Assembly (NCBI GenBank): GCA_964016885.1
Contig: OZ024742.1
Coordinates: forward strand, 115,072,001 to 115,136,000
Length of the DNA stretch: 64,000 bases
Reading direction: 5' to 3'
Source: Eledone cirrhosa
Lineage: Eukaryota
In this document: piece after piece, positions 39,976 to 53,199 of the stretch
How positions within the stretch are numbered: the first letter of the stretch is position 1
Layout of the letters: each line of letters starts with the position of its first letter
Made by a program: the position numbers and the translations under genes
Notes under the pieces: model-generated
The model's database searches: none
Seen by the model: only the letters and a program-made list of their open reading frames with translations
What the model was told of the DNA's origin: nothing

Positions 39976-41736
39976 AGGAGAGAGAGAGAGAGAGAAAATA
40001 TAGAGAGATAGATATAGATAGAGATAGAGAGAAAGAAAATAGGTAGTTGGGCACCAGTTGAATGACGTATCAATGATATATTTATTTATTTATTTATTTA
40101 TTTAGCTCTAGTATTAATGTAGAGAGAGATATATGTGGTTAAGAGAGAAAACAGCCGTTACATAGAGAGGAAAGAAAAAAAAGAAAAATATCCAGACATA
40201 AACGAGGCAGATTTAAAACACTATGTTTCATCAATGTAAAAAATATCAATTCGTATAAAACAGGCATTATAATGTAAATATCATTATTCATGAATGAGAC
40301 ACGTATCAATAATGTGTGAAAAATAATGATCATATGTCTAGTTTAAAATTCCTAGGTTTATATTAGAGTTGAGAGGGATTAGAAGTTTATCCCAGATTTT
40401 ATATTATATACATCCATGTGAATTTACGTGATCAGCTCTGCAAATTCCTATTTCACACGAAAACATTCTCATTCTGCTATAAAAATTCTAGTATACATAT
40501 ATGTGTACATACACACAAATATATATAGAGTCTACATTAATTTTAACAATACTATTCATGTCTTTACTCTACATGATTATCGTTCAAGCATAAATAGAGA
40601 ACAGATATCAATATATCAATAAAAATATCAGAAACAAAAAAAAAAAAAAAAAAAAAAAAATATTAAAAATAAAAATATTAAAATATTAAAAATATTAAAA
40701 TAAAAATAAAACATAGTATGCCCCGCAAATCAACCACAGAGATCAACCCTTCAAAGTTAATTGACAATATATTGCCAAGTTCGTTATAAGCATCAGTATC
40801 AAAAGCAAACAAAACCAAAAATTGTTTACCAAATCCTGTCCAGCAGAAAACATTCCAAAAGTTTAGGATACCCATTTGATCTACAGATGGTCTTATATTT
40901 AATATAGAAGTTTATCTAGCGTAAAATTTATTCGATATATTTGGAGCATCAGCTTTTAGGGTAGTTTAATTATTCATGAAGAATGTTTAACATAAAAAGG
41001 AATCGAAAGATTTATCGGCGAGTTTCATAAATAATTATAAATCAAATTAAATATACTACATTTTAAATTTATATTTATATTTAAAAGTTGAGTTCAATTT
41101 ATGTCTGCAGCAACTGAATAAATTTGTCCGTAAATTAAGGGAATTTTTAGATTTTTAGTATAAAGAATATCTCCTCCGCGCAGAGGTCACATGTCTCAGA
41201 GGATGAATTAAAAGGAATCCCTCTTGAGACTATATTCCAAGCCGTTGAATATCCAACGTTATCATGCCTAAGTTGCCAGAGCAAGCCTGATAGTGATGTT
41301 GAGGATGTTTTGCTTGGATCTGTGAAAGAATTCTTGTGGTTATTATAGCGAAGTTTTAATTCTGTCGAGGTGGAGACAAACATAGTTAAAAGAATTTAAG
41401 TCCGTTTTAACATTACAGTTGTATATTATATTTTTAACTAAGCAATTGTTATTTAACGGACATTTAGACTTTCTCACTAAACATTAAAACCCACATCGCT
41501 AAACTATTTTTAATGCTCTTGATAATCGCTTCCCTAGAACACATAGGTATCACTCAATTTTCAATAGACATACTATAAAATTAACCTACTCATCCACCAA
41601 AAATTTAGCACAAAATATTAACAGAATAAATAATAGGAATTTAAAACATAGCCAAAATACCGATAATAGCATAAATAATATCCAAGTTAACAAATGTAAC
41701 TGTAGAGATAGATCTAAAATAAAACTGTTTATATTG

Positions 41737-41802
41737 TATTTTGTCTGAAGAAGGCATAACATATTTTTAATATGATATCCCTGAAATATATATAATGAAA
41801 TA
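41737..41802 (+). ncRNA. Type I hammerhead ribozyme (inverted partner of 39621)
   Basis: TATTTTGT-CTGAAGA-AGG..CCT-GAAA-TATATA-TA-ATGAAATA. Confidence 0.9.
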
Positions 41803-41843
41803 AATATGGTTTTATAAATATAGTTTCCATTTATTTAATATCG

Positions 41844-42150
<307 letters not shown>

Positions 42151-43399
42151 ATATATGTATATATGCATGGCCTTGATTTTGTGCTGGAATGTATATATAT
42201 CCATCTATTTATTTGGTAAATATAGGCTGTCAGTGTGAGCCTTAGAATGGTGTATTTGAAATAATGTGCATTTTTTTCTTATATATAATTTATTTATGTG
42301 ATTAACTACATTATGACATCCACTAAGAGAATATTATATAAATGCTATAACATATTTGGGCTGTAGTTAATCTGGTATGTCTGTGTATTCGTAATATTAA
42401 ATATCTACCTAATTAAGAGCTCCACAACTTATACATATATTTATAAGGTTCTTTTCTATTCTTCTGTATAAGGATCTGTCTCGTTCCGTTTCCCTGGCTA
42501 CTCAAAACAACTCTCATATATCTATCATCTTGAACGTTTATGACTTTAAATTTATGGCTTTAAATTTAGTTATTGCATCACGGTCTGATGGCGTTTTCAT
42601 TGTAGTATTTCACGCGGTTCCTTCAAAAACCAAGAGATATTATATCTATGGTGGATGATATGCTTGACGTCGAGTGCTTTTTTCACGCATTATGGTATGC
42701 TAATCCGAATGACTAGATCTACATCATCCAATATAAACGGAATATAAATATAAATATGAAGAAACAGAGAGAATTGTTTAGAGCTAACCAAGAATTAACA
42801 ATTATTCTTTATTTGTCCAGAGTCAGTTTGACGAAGTATGATACATTCAATGTTTTATGACTAAGAAATATTAGTATATTGATTCAACTCATACCTTATC
42901 GTGTAGCACAAAGGTGATTTTCAGCACAAATCGGTTTGTGTCCAAACATAGTTTATTGTCGCATTATATTTTTGTGCTAAGCAAGAGCATATTTTTGCTC
43001 AGATACGATTTGATACAGACAAATATATGTAAATTATTTTATTTTGAGACAAACAAAAGATATAAACGACTAAGGGATAGGAACATTGTATCAAGTAATG
43101 GTGAATTTGAAGTATTTTTTTCATACGTAGTTTTGTTCACTGTTTTTCTTTTTTCTTTGATGCCTCGTCTTGTTGTTTTGTTGTTGTCGTTAAAACTACT
43201 CATACTGTAGTTATTGTTGCTGCATCTATTATTGTGGTTGTTATTACTGCTGTTGCCGTTGATGCCATTGCTGTTGTTGTATTTGTCATTTTGTTTTTGT
43301 TTCTGGCGGTGATGGTGCCCTTGTAGGGGATGTTTATGATGGTGCTGCTGACACTGGTGGTGGTGATGTGGTCTATTTCAATATTTCATTTCCAATCGG

Positions 43400-44085
43400 A
43401 ATCATTTTAATGTAACATGATTTCCTGCTGCTGGATGTGGAGGAAAGCTCTCTCTAATACGCTTGTACGCACCAAGCGACATGTGTACACCCATTATGTC
43501 CTCTGATATGCAAAATGTGCGCGTGCCAAATATTTTCTCCTCCTTTTTATGTCCTACAGTCCTCCAGAAAATCTTTGCTAGTTTATTCACGCCAACATCT
43601 TCACAAGATCGTTGTCGCATTTACCTGCCACTAACCCACTATAGCACACCAATGTGACATGCTCGCAGATCATAATTTGCGATGGGTATTGGACAGTCAG
43701 CACTTGAAGACATTACCGTTTCCAAGAACACTACCTCCAACATCTCTTCACGCGGATCAGCCGTGGAAAACACGTGTTCACCGCCTAAACAAAAAGAAAA
43801 GCTGGAGATGTAGCCTCAGTACATATTTGCGCGTCATAAGCCACAGTACATCCATCCTTCAATCACAGTCGATCCGCTGACCATCAAAACGCACCTCTTC
43901 CAAATGAAGTGAAAGAAGAAACGCTCCAATGCATTCAGATGCGGTTTGATAGAGAGCATGGCATCCTAACGGATGCAATGTTCTCTTATAAACACGCATG
44001 TATAAAAATACTTGACAGTCTTGAATGAATGTGTATCCTTCATACATGTCTTCGTTACAACATCTAACTAGACATAACGTTCATT
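43400..44085 (-). pseudogene. Possible decayed DNA-transposon ORF remnants (THAP-like and P2X7-ballast/nanor-like motifs)
   Basis: Weak motif resemblance only: CLVRCCN..SLHLEEVRF (THAP-like), WMYCGL*R and AYKRIRESFP. GC content is higher than the flanks. Confidence 0.3.
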
Positions 44086-46839
44086 GTCTTTTCTTTCATA
44101 TCCCCGTACACACCCTCCTTAGTATATCAATTCCACTGCGATATATGGTAGCGTAACGCTGAATAGTATTGCTGAGTTACTAATTTCCGGCTGGTGTGCT
44201 GACGTCACAATACAGCAGACTTCATTGTCGAATACAAGAATTTGAGGATTATTATAAGCCGTGTTTGGAAGCAAGTAGACGTTTACTAATTTCTATCGTT
44301 TCTAAGCTTTACCTCATAACACACATTATAGGTTGGTGTCTGAGGAAACTAGACCAATTTAAACCTGTCGATACAATTTAAAAATCTACCTTGCTGTTTT
44401 CTTGAATTATCCCTAATACGGCCAAGTATCCAATTGCCGGTCTGAAGTACATTGACCAATGTACGGGGGGTTTCATTGTAAATTCTTCTAACACGAGAGA
44501 AATGAAACTCATCAGAATATAGTCAATATTGGTGTGTTTATGCCTCGCAGACTGATTGTTCTCTTAAGATGATGAGGGCCTAGTTCGGATAAACCAAAAT
44601 ATTATCAAAACATTTCAACACAAGAACTGGCTGGTATGAAATATTATGTTTAAAATCATTTATAGTAACTGTGTTAAAATGTATCTGCATTGACTTAATG
44701 AAACATTTAAGTGTAGGAGTGAATGAAAACTAAACTTAATAATGGTTTCTGATTTGGGCACAAATCCTCCTATTCCTTGCGATTGGAATGCCTTGCACTG
44801 CATTATATATGTCTAATAAAATTGTAGGTTTTATTACTTCAATTCCTGTGGAAGGGTCCCGTTCCATTAGTGTATATGGAAGGAAATATATACGTCGTTG
44901 AATGCACACACATTTATCACATTCCCGTACGTAAGGAATTTCAATGAAACAGTATAAGAAAGCTATAACTATCACTGCTATTCTTGAAAAATATATGAGG
45001 AAAATGTTTACCACATTCGGTTCTCGGTGTGTTAGACCTCACAGGAGTTTCTTTGATTATGCCTACCTACAAATGTGAGTATAGCAAAATAGGCTAACTT
45101 TTAAGGAGATGAAAATGTTGATGACAATTATGATTAGAAATGTGATAAGAAAGTTTATATATTAGCAACATTTTTTCTTGAAGATTCTAGATTATTGGTA
45201 AAGGTGAAGGCACTGCTGCTGTTGTTTGGGGATGGAATTACTGTTGGTGAGGCTGATGTTGTTGATGCTGGTCATGAAACAGTGGTAACTATCAACAAAT
45301 TAAATGAATACATATGAACATTATGATTGCAAAAACATTTCAGGGGACGAAATATTAATACAATTATTATTAAGAAAGGCAATTGCGAAATAAATCCCCA
45401 CAAGGAGAAAAAGAAAACAATATAATTGCCAAAGTACTGTATTCAATATCAAATGTATCATTATCTAAATCAAGAGTTGATTTTTAGAGAAAGGCACATT
45501 AGTAAAAGTTTTACATTTTATAATTGTCTCCTTTTATATTCAAAAAAATTTCTTTTCATAAATGTAAGATGGAAATAGATTTTATTTACAATTTAATATT
45601 AATTGAAATATATTAATTATACAATATTTTATAACTAATTAGCATCGTTTGTTACAATATATTGATTTTTGTATTCAATTTGTAGAATTACTTAAAATAA
45701 TACTAATAATGAAGGAAATAACAAATCTATAATATCAATATTAGCAATTGTTAGATATGTATATTAAAACATTAATCCATTTCATTTGTCTCAAGATAAA
45801 GAATATTATATTTCATTATATCGTTGATGATGAGATACTCTCCTAAGATTCTTTGAATAAGATCCAAGGAAAGAAATACATAGCTGGTGCCAGAAGAAAC
45901 AATGTTATGTTTGGATGGAACTCAAGTAGGCAAACAAGAATATAACAGCTGAAATACTGATTGAGCAGAAGCTGCAGTTGGCTAAGTAAAGCAATAAAAT
46001 GACCGAGTGCATAATTACATTCGTGCATCTGGGAAGTGAATTAAATTATAAAAGGGTTATTTTGACAACATCAAACGTTAGTGAGTGTAATTGAAAATGG
46101 TCATGTTTGCTGACAGTAAGTATATCAATTTATATCTCCGAATGGAGTAGAATTACTTCACGGAAAGATTATTTTAAAATCGGAATCGAAATACTAGCAT
46201 GTATGAAACATCCGTTATGCAAATTTATGATCAATTGTAGAACATAACGTTAGTCTACGTCTTGCTAGAGCATCAGTCGCAGTTAAAGGAATATTAAACT
46301 TTCTGAAAGATTTGGTCATACCTATAAAACTAAGCTTTCTTTCTATAAACTACAATGATATGATTAATAGGGGTTTCTGACTAACTGAATTGTATCTATG
46401 CTCAATTACATAAAATAAGGGTTACATGATATTTTGTCAACCTTACATAGCATAACATTGGAAATAGAAAGTTATAATTATATCTAAAAATAGCAATCTA
46501 CTCTTCCACAAATCACAAGAAACAGCAATAGAAACGACACACTGGGTAACATAGATCTTAATAGAGTATCTACAAATAGGTAGGTTAACACTTGAATGCA
46601 TTTATTGAAACGGAAGCTAGATGAAACAACAACAAAACATATATATTCATATCACAAAAGGATTATAACAAAGTTTGACGGTGTAATCGCTGGTCCTGTC
46701 AGATGTAAGCATCTCCCACTTTACCGCTTATAGCAGGACTGCTATCATCGTCTTCTAAACTATGGCAGACATATCAAAAGCTAAACAAAATTAAAGATTA
46801 ACACCTGTTTGATTAAAAAATATCAATATATTATTATGC

Positions 46840-47175
46840 AATCACAGTCTCACCTTTACCACAACCAGTTAAAATGGTTGCATCAATAAGATAGTTCGTC
46901 ATTGATTATGACTACCATTCGAGTGCCGTTGCACTGTTTTAGGGGGCGCATGTTACGCATAAGCATAATCGGACTGCCGACCTTGAGCTTCAGGATATGA
47001 GGTAGGAGACCTGGGGGTCAAGGCTATTCAAAAACTCTACTGGGTAATCCGTCGCCTCCTGTGGATCGGTGACGCGGTCTATAGACTTAAACATTTTCTC
47101 TTGGACTGGAATCTTGCCGAGTAGCTCTTCGTTGAGAGCATTAACAGCAGAGTTTTTGGGGGATAGGATGGTAGT
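46840..47175 (-). pseudogene. Helitron PIF1-family helicase fragment
   Basis: Minus strand reads ILSPKNSAVNALNEELL..FKSID..YPVEFLNSLDP/GLLPHILKLKVGSPIMLMRNM..CNGTRMVV..ATILTGCGKGE. This fragment is absent from the ORF track. Confidence 0.92.
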
Positions 47176-47179
47176 ATTT

Positions 47180-48237
47180 TGGGGAAGGTAAAAAATAGTG
47201 ACAAATTGTTACAATTTTAAGCAAGAAAAAAGTAAACAAAAAACGTATTGGGAATGGCAAAGTCCGAAAGCGAGGTCACAAAATGTAATGCAGTGAGATT
47301 GAAGCACACGTCTACACAGTAGCCTAACCAAGTAGCAAGTGTAGCGTTTGAAAACCAAAGCTTTGCAGGCGACTCAAATCAACGATAAGAGTCGTGCAGA
47401 ATTTGTTGATAGCAGTCTTGCCAAAACAGATTAAAAGCTGCCACCTCCAGCCGTCCAGGAAATTTTTTTTTTGATTCAAGGCGAAAATTTGTCCACTTCT
47501 CGACCGAAAAAAAGCAAAAACTGACTCAACTGGTGCCAGGTGGTCAGAACTGGCAGGAACTGGTTTGTGTCACGTGAAACTGTAACTATAGCAACAGTGG
47601 TTCCCTCGGTCTCAAAGACCATAGTAAGTGGAGAGGGAAAGGTAATGTTACTGTAACACCAACAACGTCTCTCTCTATATTCCTCGCTCAATAAAGAAGG
47701 GGGGGAGGTAATGTTACTATAGCAACAGTGGTTCGCTCACTGACCAAAGTCGAGAGGGGAATGTAATATTTCTGTGACACCCAAAACTTCACTCTCTATC
47801 TTCCTCTCTCTCTCTAAAGAAAGGGGAAGGGGAAGGTAATGTTACTATAAGACCTGTTATTCCTGTCTCTCTATATACGAACTGGAGATTCGACCTCGAG
47901 CTTCACTCTCGACCGAATTTCGAAATGATTCGAGCACGTGAACAACATGTAGACTCTTTTCTACCCATATTAGCAAAAAACCGGGTCAAAAAACTCAAAA
48001 GGAAAAATGTTTCACGCGTGCATAAAATGCTACCTCATCTCCCGATTTCACCCAAAATAGACAAAAAGATGGATTGCGGGCCCCTGGGGGGGACCTATCA
48101 AAATACAAAGTAGCCTAAGCAATCTAAAGGGTCATGAGAAGGGATGTATGCAAATTTGAGCGAGATCGGGCGAGCGGTGTAGACGCCAACCTCGAATAAT
48201 ATAGCATCCACACACACACAGACAAACACACATCCTC

Positions 48238-48250
<13 letters not shown>
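47180..48250 (+). mobile_element. Probable non-coding Helitron/Helentron-type 3' region with internal subrepeats
   Basis: Repeated ggtaatgttacta..gcaacagtggttc units at 47580-47850. The end tgcaaatttgagcgagatcgggcgagcggtgtag..acacacagacaaacaca..ttttatata resembles known non-autonomous Helitron ends. Adjacent to the helicase fragment. Confidence 0.55.
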
Positions 48251-48285
<35 letters not shown>

Positions 48286-48326
48286 AGGATATTAATACAT
48301 GGAAATCCCTCTTTATAAACCATATT

Positions 48327-48387
48327 TATTTTATTATATATATTTCAAGGATACCAATATTTTGATAAGGCCTCATCAGATAAAATA
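48327..48387 (-). ncRNA. Type I hammerhead ribozyme (related to the 39621 family)
   Basis: Minus strand reads TATTTTAT-CTGATGA-GG..TATCAA aata TTGGTA..TT-GAAA-TATATA-TA-ATAAAATA. An inverted partial copy at 48597-48651 stops inside CTGATG. Confidence 0.82.
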
Positions 48388-48698
48388 CAAAAATTGTTTC
48401 ATAAATATTGACGTATCCAAAAACAAGAAATATGTTAATGAGAAGGAAATATGTTCATGATGCTAAACGTACAGTTGAAAAAGATCGTTATATTTAGAGG
48501 CTAGGTACATTTTAATAATTATTAGGGTAATTAACATATTTCATCCTAAGATTTGAAGTTTCTTTCACTATCCATAATGAAATTAAAACGATAAGATCTT
48601 GCTTTTGTTTATGTCAAAATTTATAAAAAAATATTTGTATTTTATCTGATGTGTGCGTACCAAATTTTTGAAAAACCACAAACCCTCCACCTGAATTC

Positions 48699-48738
48699 TA
48701 CTTTTGAAAGGCACAAGAACTGCGAAACCGGTAAAGTA
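48699..48738 (+). ncRNA. Hammerhead variant (U3-A8) in a solo pLTR (48655-48870) of the Neptune-type family
   Basis: TACTT-TTGAAAG-GCAC aagaa CTGC-GAAA-CCGG-TA-AAGTA. Stem I covaries with the 38928 copy. Confidence 0.72.
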
Positions 48739-48860
48739 ACCAAGTAAATATATTTCTTCAGAAAAAGACTCCAGTTGCATTTTCGATTTCATCTTTTCTC
48801 CTATACCTTATCTCGTGTAGGACACCTCGTTTTTTTATTCATTTTGTAGAAAAACATCAC

Positions 48861-48957
<97 letters not shown>

Positions 48958-49029
48958 GAGGGGTATAACACTGGAAGGTAATATCCGTAGTGGTAGAGCA
49001 CTCAGTCCATTGCACTAGTTAGGTAGAAG

Positions 49030-49141
49030 TGGTAACAAAACAGTTAGCTCACGATATCGAGAACAATGGTTACACCTTACGGATGTTCAGCTACGGTGAA
49101 ACAATTGTTCTCGATATGGTGAACAAACTGTTGTGTTACCA
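49030..49141. repeat. Foldback hairpin, ~48-bp arms, containing a hammerhead-like 3' half
   Basis: tggtaacaaaacagtt..tcacgatatcgagaacaatggttacacc pairs with ggtGAAACAATTGTTctcgatatggtga..aactgttgtgttacca. Confidence 0.87.
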
Positions 49142-49196
<55 letters not shown>

Positions 49197-49366
49197 GTTA
49201 TATATTAAGGCGTATTATTGGTTGTGTAAAACGGTCCAATAATGTTTTGTTAGCAATATTAAGTTCTCCACGCTTTAGTATATTTCCAATTCCATTCAAG
49301 GAAACAGCTAGATGATGTAAAACGGAGTATGATTGGAAATGTTACCTTGCCTTCGGATTTTCATTT

Positions 49367-49385
<19 letters not shown>

Positions 49386-49410
<25 letters not shown>

Positions 49411-51238
49411 GGTGAGTAATATTGTACAACAATAAAACTATGCTTATATCCGATAAGTAACACTCAACAGTTGGTAGAATTGGAGTATGTATTAAAGGAG
49501 AAATTAAAAGGTGGTTGAAAAAGTTCATATCTTTTATTATGCACATTTCGAAAACAACATTATCCTGGGACAAAAATTGTGTTCTCATCAGATAAGGTAA
49601 CATGATATGAGGCCTAGAGACACTTTTCAACTAGAAAGTGTCCCGTCTACATATGATAAAAATATACGAGTAAGAGAAAAATAGTTAATATATATAATAA
49701 AAAAGAAGGAAGAAGGAAAAAGGAAAAATAAATTAAAGAGAGGAAGAAAAGAAAAAAGAAATAAGAAATAATGAAAAAAGAAAGAAGGAAGAGAGAGAGG
49801 CCTTTGATCCGGAACGCTGTCAAGATGAAAACACCTGTAAATAATGGGCTAAACAAATAAATTGATGAGGTGCATATGCGAATATTATGGATGGTATTCA
49901 AATATTAGAGGTCTAAAATATAGAAACTATGTATATTATTTTATATTGAGTTAAAATACTAAAACTTTGATTAAGAAGCGTAAAAATGTAATAATAAAAT
50001 AGAACATAATAAAATATATTAAAATTAAATTAAATTAAAATAATTATAAAAAAGGTTTTTAAACAAAAGGTTTTTAAAATAAAATAAAATAAAATAAGAT
50101 AGAATAAAAATAAAAATAAGAATCGTCTATCTATGTCAAAATTAAAGATTTCTATAAAAAATCTATATATGTGCGGGTATACTATATACTTATTATTTTA
50201 CATCAACAAGTAAAATAAAGGAAATTGCTGGAATGATTTATAAACGTAGAAAAACATATGACGTCATAGTTTGTTTACAAAATCTACGAAGGTTTGAACG
50301 AACATTTAAAGCAAAACAGAAAACTATGCTGTGAAAAATGAATAAATACTTTGTAGAATATAATGAATTGTGTGTGAAAAAAATGTGTGAAGAAAATATA
50401 TGTGTACAAAAACATATGAGTAAAAAAATATATATGTGTGAACAATTAACCGTTATTCATGGAATATGTTAAAGGACATTAGCTATATACTTTGTGGAAG
50501 GCCTTGAAGGATTTATGATTACAGAGAGCAAATAAATACGTACGTCTATTTATTATAGAGTTGAAATTCGAGATAATGGTACATTTTTCAGCTAGACATA
50601 AATTACAAACCCTAGATATGGAAGCATTGGAGTATGGATAAACGTTCCAGATTTTACGCCAAGAAATTTCGTAATTAATATTTTTGTCTTTTAAGGACCA
50701 ATACTTTCTGAGAGTGCGGTGTTGGTCCTTTTAAGTGGATATTTAAATGTAGAAGAATGATTATAGAGTCTTGCTTTAAAAGATGTGGAAGTAGAAATTA
50801 TCTTAAGACATAATTCTAAAATATTAAATAATAACTCATATGCATCCAACCATGAGAGTTATAATAATAACACTATGAGGCCCGACGTCAATGTAAACTC
50901 TAGGTAAAATAACACCAGTATAAATACGACGTCATATCTAACTTTGAGTAATGCTTCAAATAGTAATGTAAATCTGGTAACTTTAGCATCTCCTTTAGCT
51001 AATTCCACCACTCAATTTCCTAATATAATTCGTCCTGGGCCACTTCCGATTAACTCTGTTAATAATCTTAATCGTAAATGCAACTACTGCCCTATTAGTA
51101 CTAATTGACCTCTTGGTAATTGATGTCTTTATAACAACCTAATATACGAATGTAAAGTGGTAACTAGTACCAATACCTATACCTACATTGGCTCTACTTC
51201 TACTTCTTTTAAAGCAAGATTCTATAATCATTCTTCTA
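49386..51238 (-). mobile_element. Hydra-type PLE (same family as 27862-31274) with a 5' inversion
   Basis: 49386-50796 is the minus-strand equivalent of ~29977 to the 3' end; 50797-51238 is the plus-strand equivalent of ~29584-30021. Confidence 0.88.
49532..49596 (-). ncRNA. Type I hammerhead ribozyme (28227 family), stem I shortened
   Basis: Minus strand reads TTAT-CTGATGA-GAA..TTC-GAAA-TGTGCA-TA-ATAAAA. Confidence 0.8.
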
Positions 51239-51313
51239 TACATGGATATAAAGTAGTGGCCGTACTCGAAAACGAATTGGCAGCCACCATATATATATAT
51301 GTATATATATATG

Positions 51314-51345
<32 letters not shown>

Positions 51346-51365
51346 CGTATATATGTATATATGTA

Positions 51366-51478
<113 letters not shown>

Positions 51479-51479
51479 G

Positions 51480-51510
<31 letters not shown>

Positions 51511-51538
51511 GTATATGTATATATTTATATGTATATGT

Positions 51539-51569
<31 letters not shown>

Positions 51570-51682
51570 TGTATATATGTATATGTATATGTATATATAT
51601 GTATATGTATATATATGTATATTGTATATATGTATATGTATATATATGTATGTATATATGTACATGTGTATATATATATATG

Positions 51683-51715
<33 letters not shown>

Positions 51716-51720
<5 letters not shown>

Positions 51721-52514
51721 AATATAAATTAGCGAAAATCGTTTTCAGCTCAGGAGTTAACGAAAATCAACGTCCGATATGTGTGGCAAGCGCTCGATGA
51801 ATCATATGAATCAGAGCTACAACATACGTTAAGGGCCAAACACACTGAGATGATGGTTTAACATATCATCCGCACAGCCAAAATCAAAACGACCAAGTAA
51901 TTCGGGTCAAACAATAAAAATATATGTGTTGACCCTGGACTGATGGTAAAATCCAGTATTGGTTTCTGCGACTCCAAATCAGGTACTGTCCGCCTACATA
52001 AAGAATGTTGGGCTTCTGGTGAGATGATGAACAAAGCAGTCGTGTTTTCAACGGGTTTTGCTCCAATATGCTATAGATAGTGTAGCTATTACTGACCCCT
52101 CGGGGGATTCAGCTAGGGAGGTAACACCTCTATTAAGCGAATGATTCAGTTGTGTATTATTGCGAGAATGCAAAACATCACAAATCGAATTAAAGCTCTC
52201 GAAAGAATGGTTAAATATAACAGAGCCATTCAACAGTCAATATAAGTAACTGAAACAAATCAATAAAATTAACTGCTCAATAGCTAGACTCTGGAGATTA
52301 ATACAAATATAAATTAGCGAGAATCCTTTTCAGCTCAGGAATTAACGAAAATCAACGTCCGATATGTGTGGCAAGCGCTCGATGAATCATATGAATCAGA
52401 GCTACAACATACGTTAAGGGCCAAACACACTGAGATGATGGTTAAACATATCATCCGCACAGCCAAAATCAAAACGACCAAGCAATTCGGGTCAAACAAT
52501 AAAAATATATGTGT
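51716..52514. mobile_element. 799-bp non-coding element with 214-bp direct terminal repeats, in (TA)n
   Basis: 51716-51929 and 52301-52514 differ at about 5 positions, around a 371-bp unique core with no recognisable ORF. Confidence 0.75.
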
Positions 52515-53199
52515 ATATATAGTATAAAAGATAAAACACAGGTAAGCATTAAGAAAAGGATTTTATCCAGGTATTTCCGACCGTTTCATTGGTAAGTGCA
52601 ACCTTATATTGCTATACTACAAATACCAGCCACTCAATGATAATTCTTGTTCACGTCCACAATTTCAAAATAGTGAGTAAGTTACTCTTAAAAAAGTTCT
52701 TAATATATAAGTAAAACATTTATTTGGAATTGTATTTACTAGTATAGAGAGTGAGGAATAGGAATTAGAAAGTGGGGGGACAAACGGAATAGTTTAGATA
52801 TAGAGTTAGGAAGTAGAGTGACAAATTCAGATGGAGGGAGTGGTAGAGGTGGAAGGATTCCTTGATCAGTTTTGATACGTAGACTTCATATCGTTGGTTT
52901 AGAGTGTAGTGTGTTAAAGAGAATTAAATTGTTTATAGTGGAGGAATGGAGAGAGAGAGAGAGAGGGGGAAATATAAATATATAAATATATATAGATAAA
53001 AATATAAATAAAAATAAAGAAGGTGGGAGAAGAAAAGAAAAGATAGACAAAAAGTGGGAGAGAAGAAAGGAAGAAAACGAAAAGAAATAGAAAAGGAATG
53101 AAGGAGAAGGGAGGTATATAGGTATTCGTTTTTGTGGGTAATTAAAGGGGTTAGATACAATAAGAGAGTAGAATGTCTAAGTATATGTCAGGTGGTAGT

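Larger units (their letters stand above)
39578..41842 (-). mobile_element. Hydra-type PLE remnant bounded by ~120-bp inverted pLTR copies
   Basis: 39580-39698 is inverted at 41724-41842. Minus-strand GIY-YIG at 41085-41480 (CPLNNNCL, LKLRYNNH, CDLC) and a plus-strand linker piece at 41505-41718 (RFPRTHRYHSIFNRH..CNCRDRSK). Confidence 0.8.

Noticed and set aside
51075-51135. In-frame TGA at a conserved Cys (NC>N*PL) in a PLE linker, suggestive of selenocysteine as reported for some Naiad PLEs
   Set aside because: The sister copy has TGT there, a second TGA falls at a non-Cys position, and the copy is otherwise decayed. Ordinary mutation explains it.
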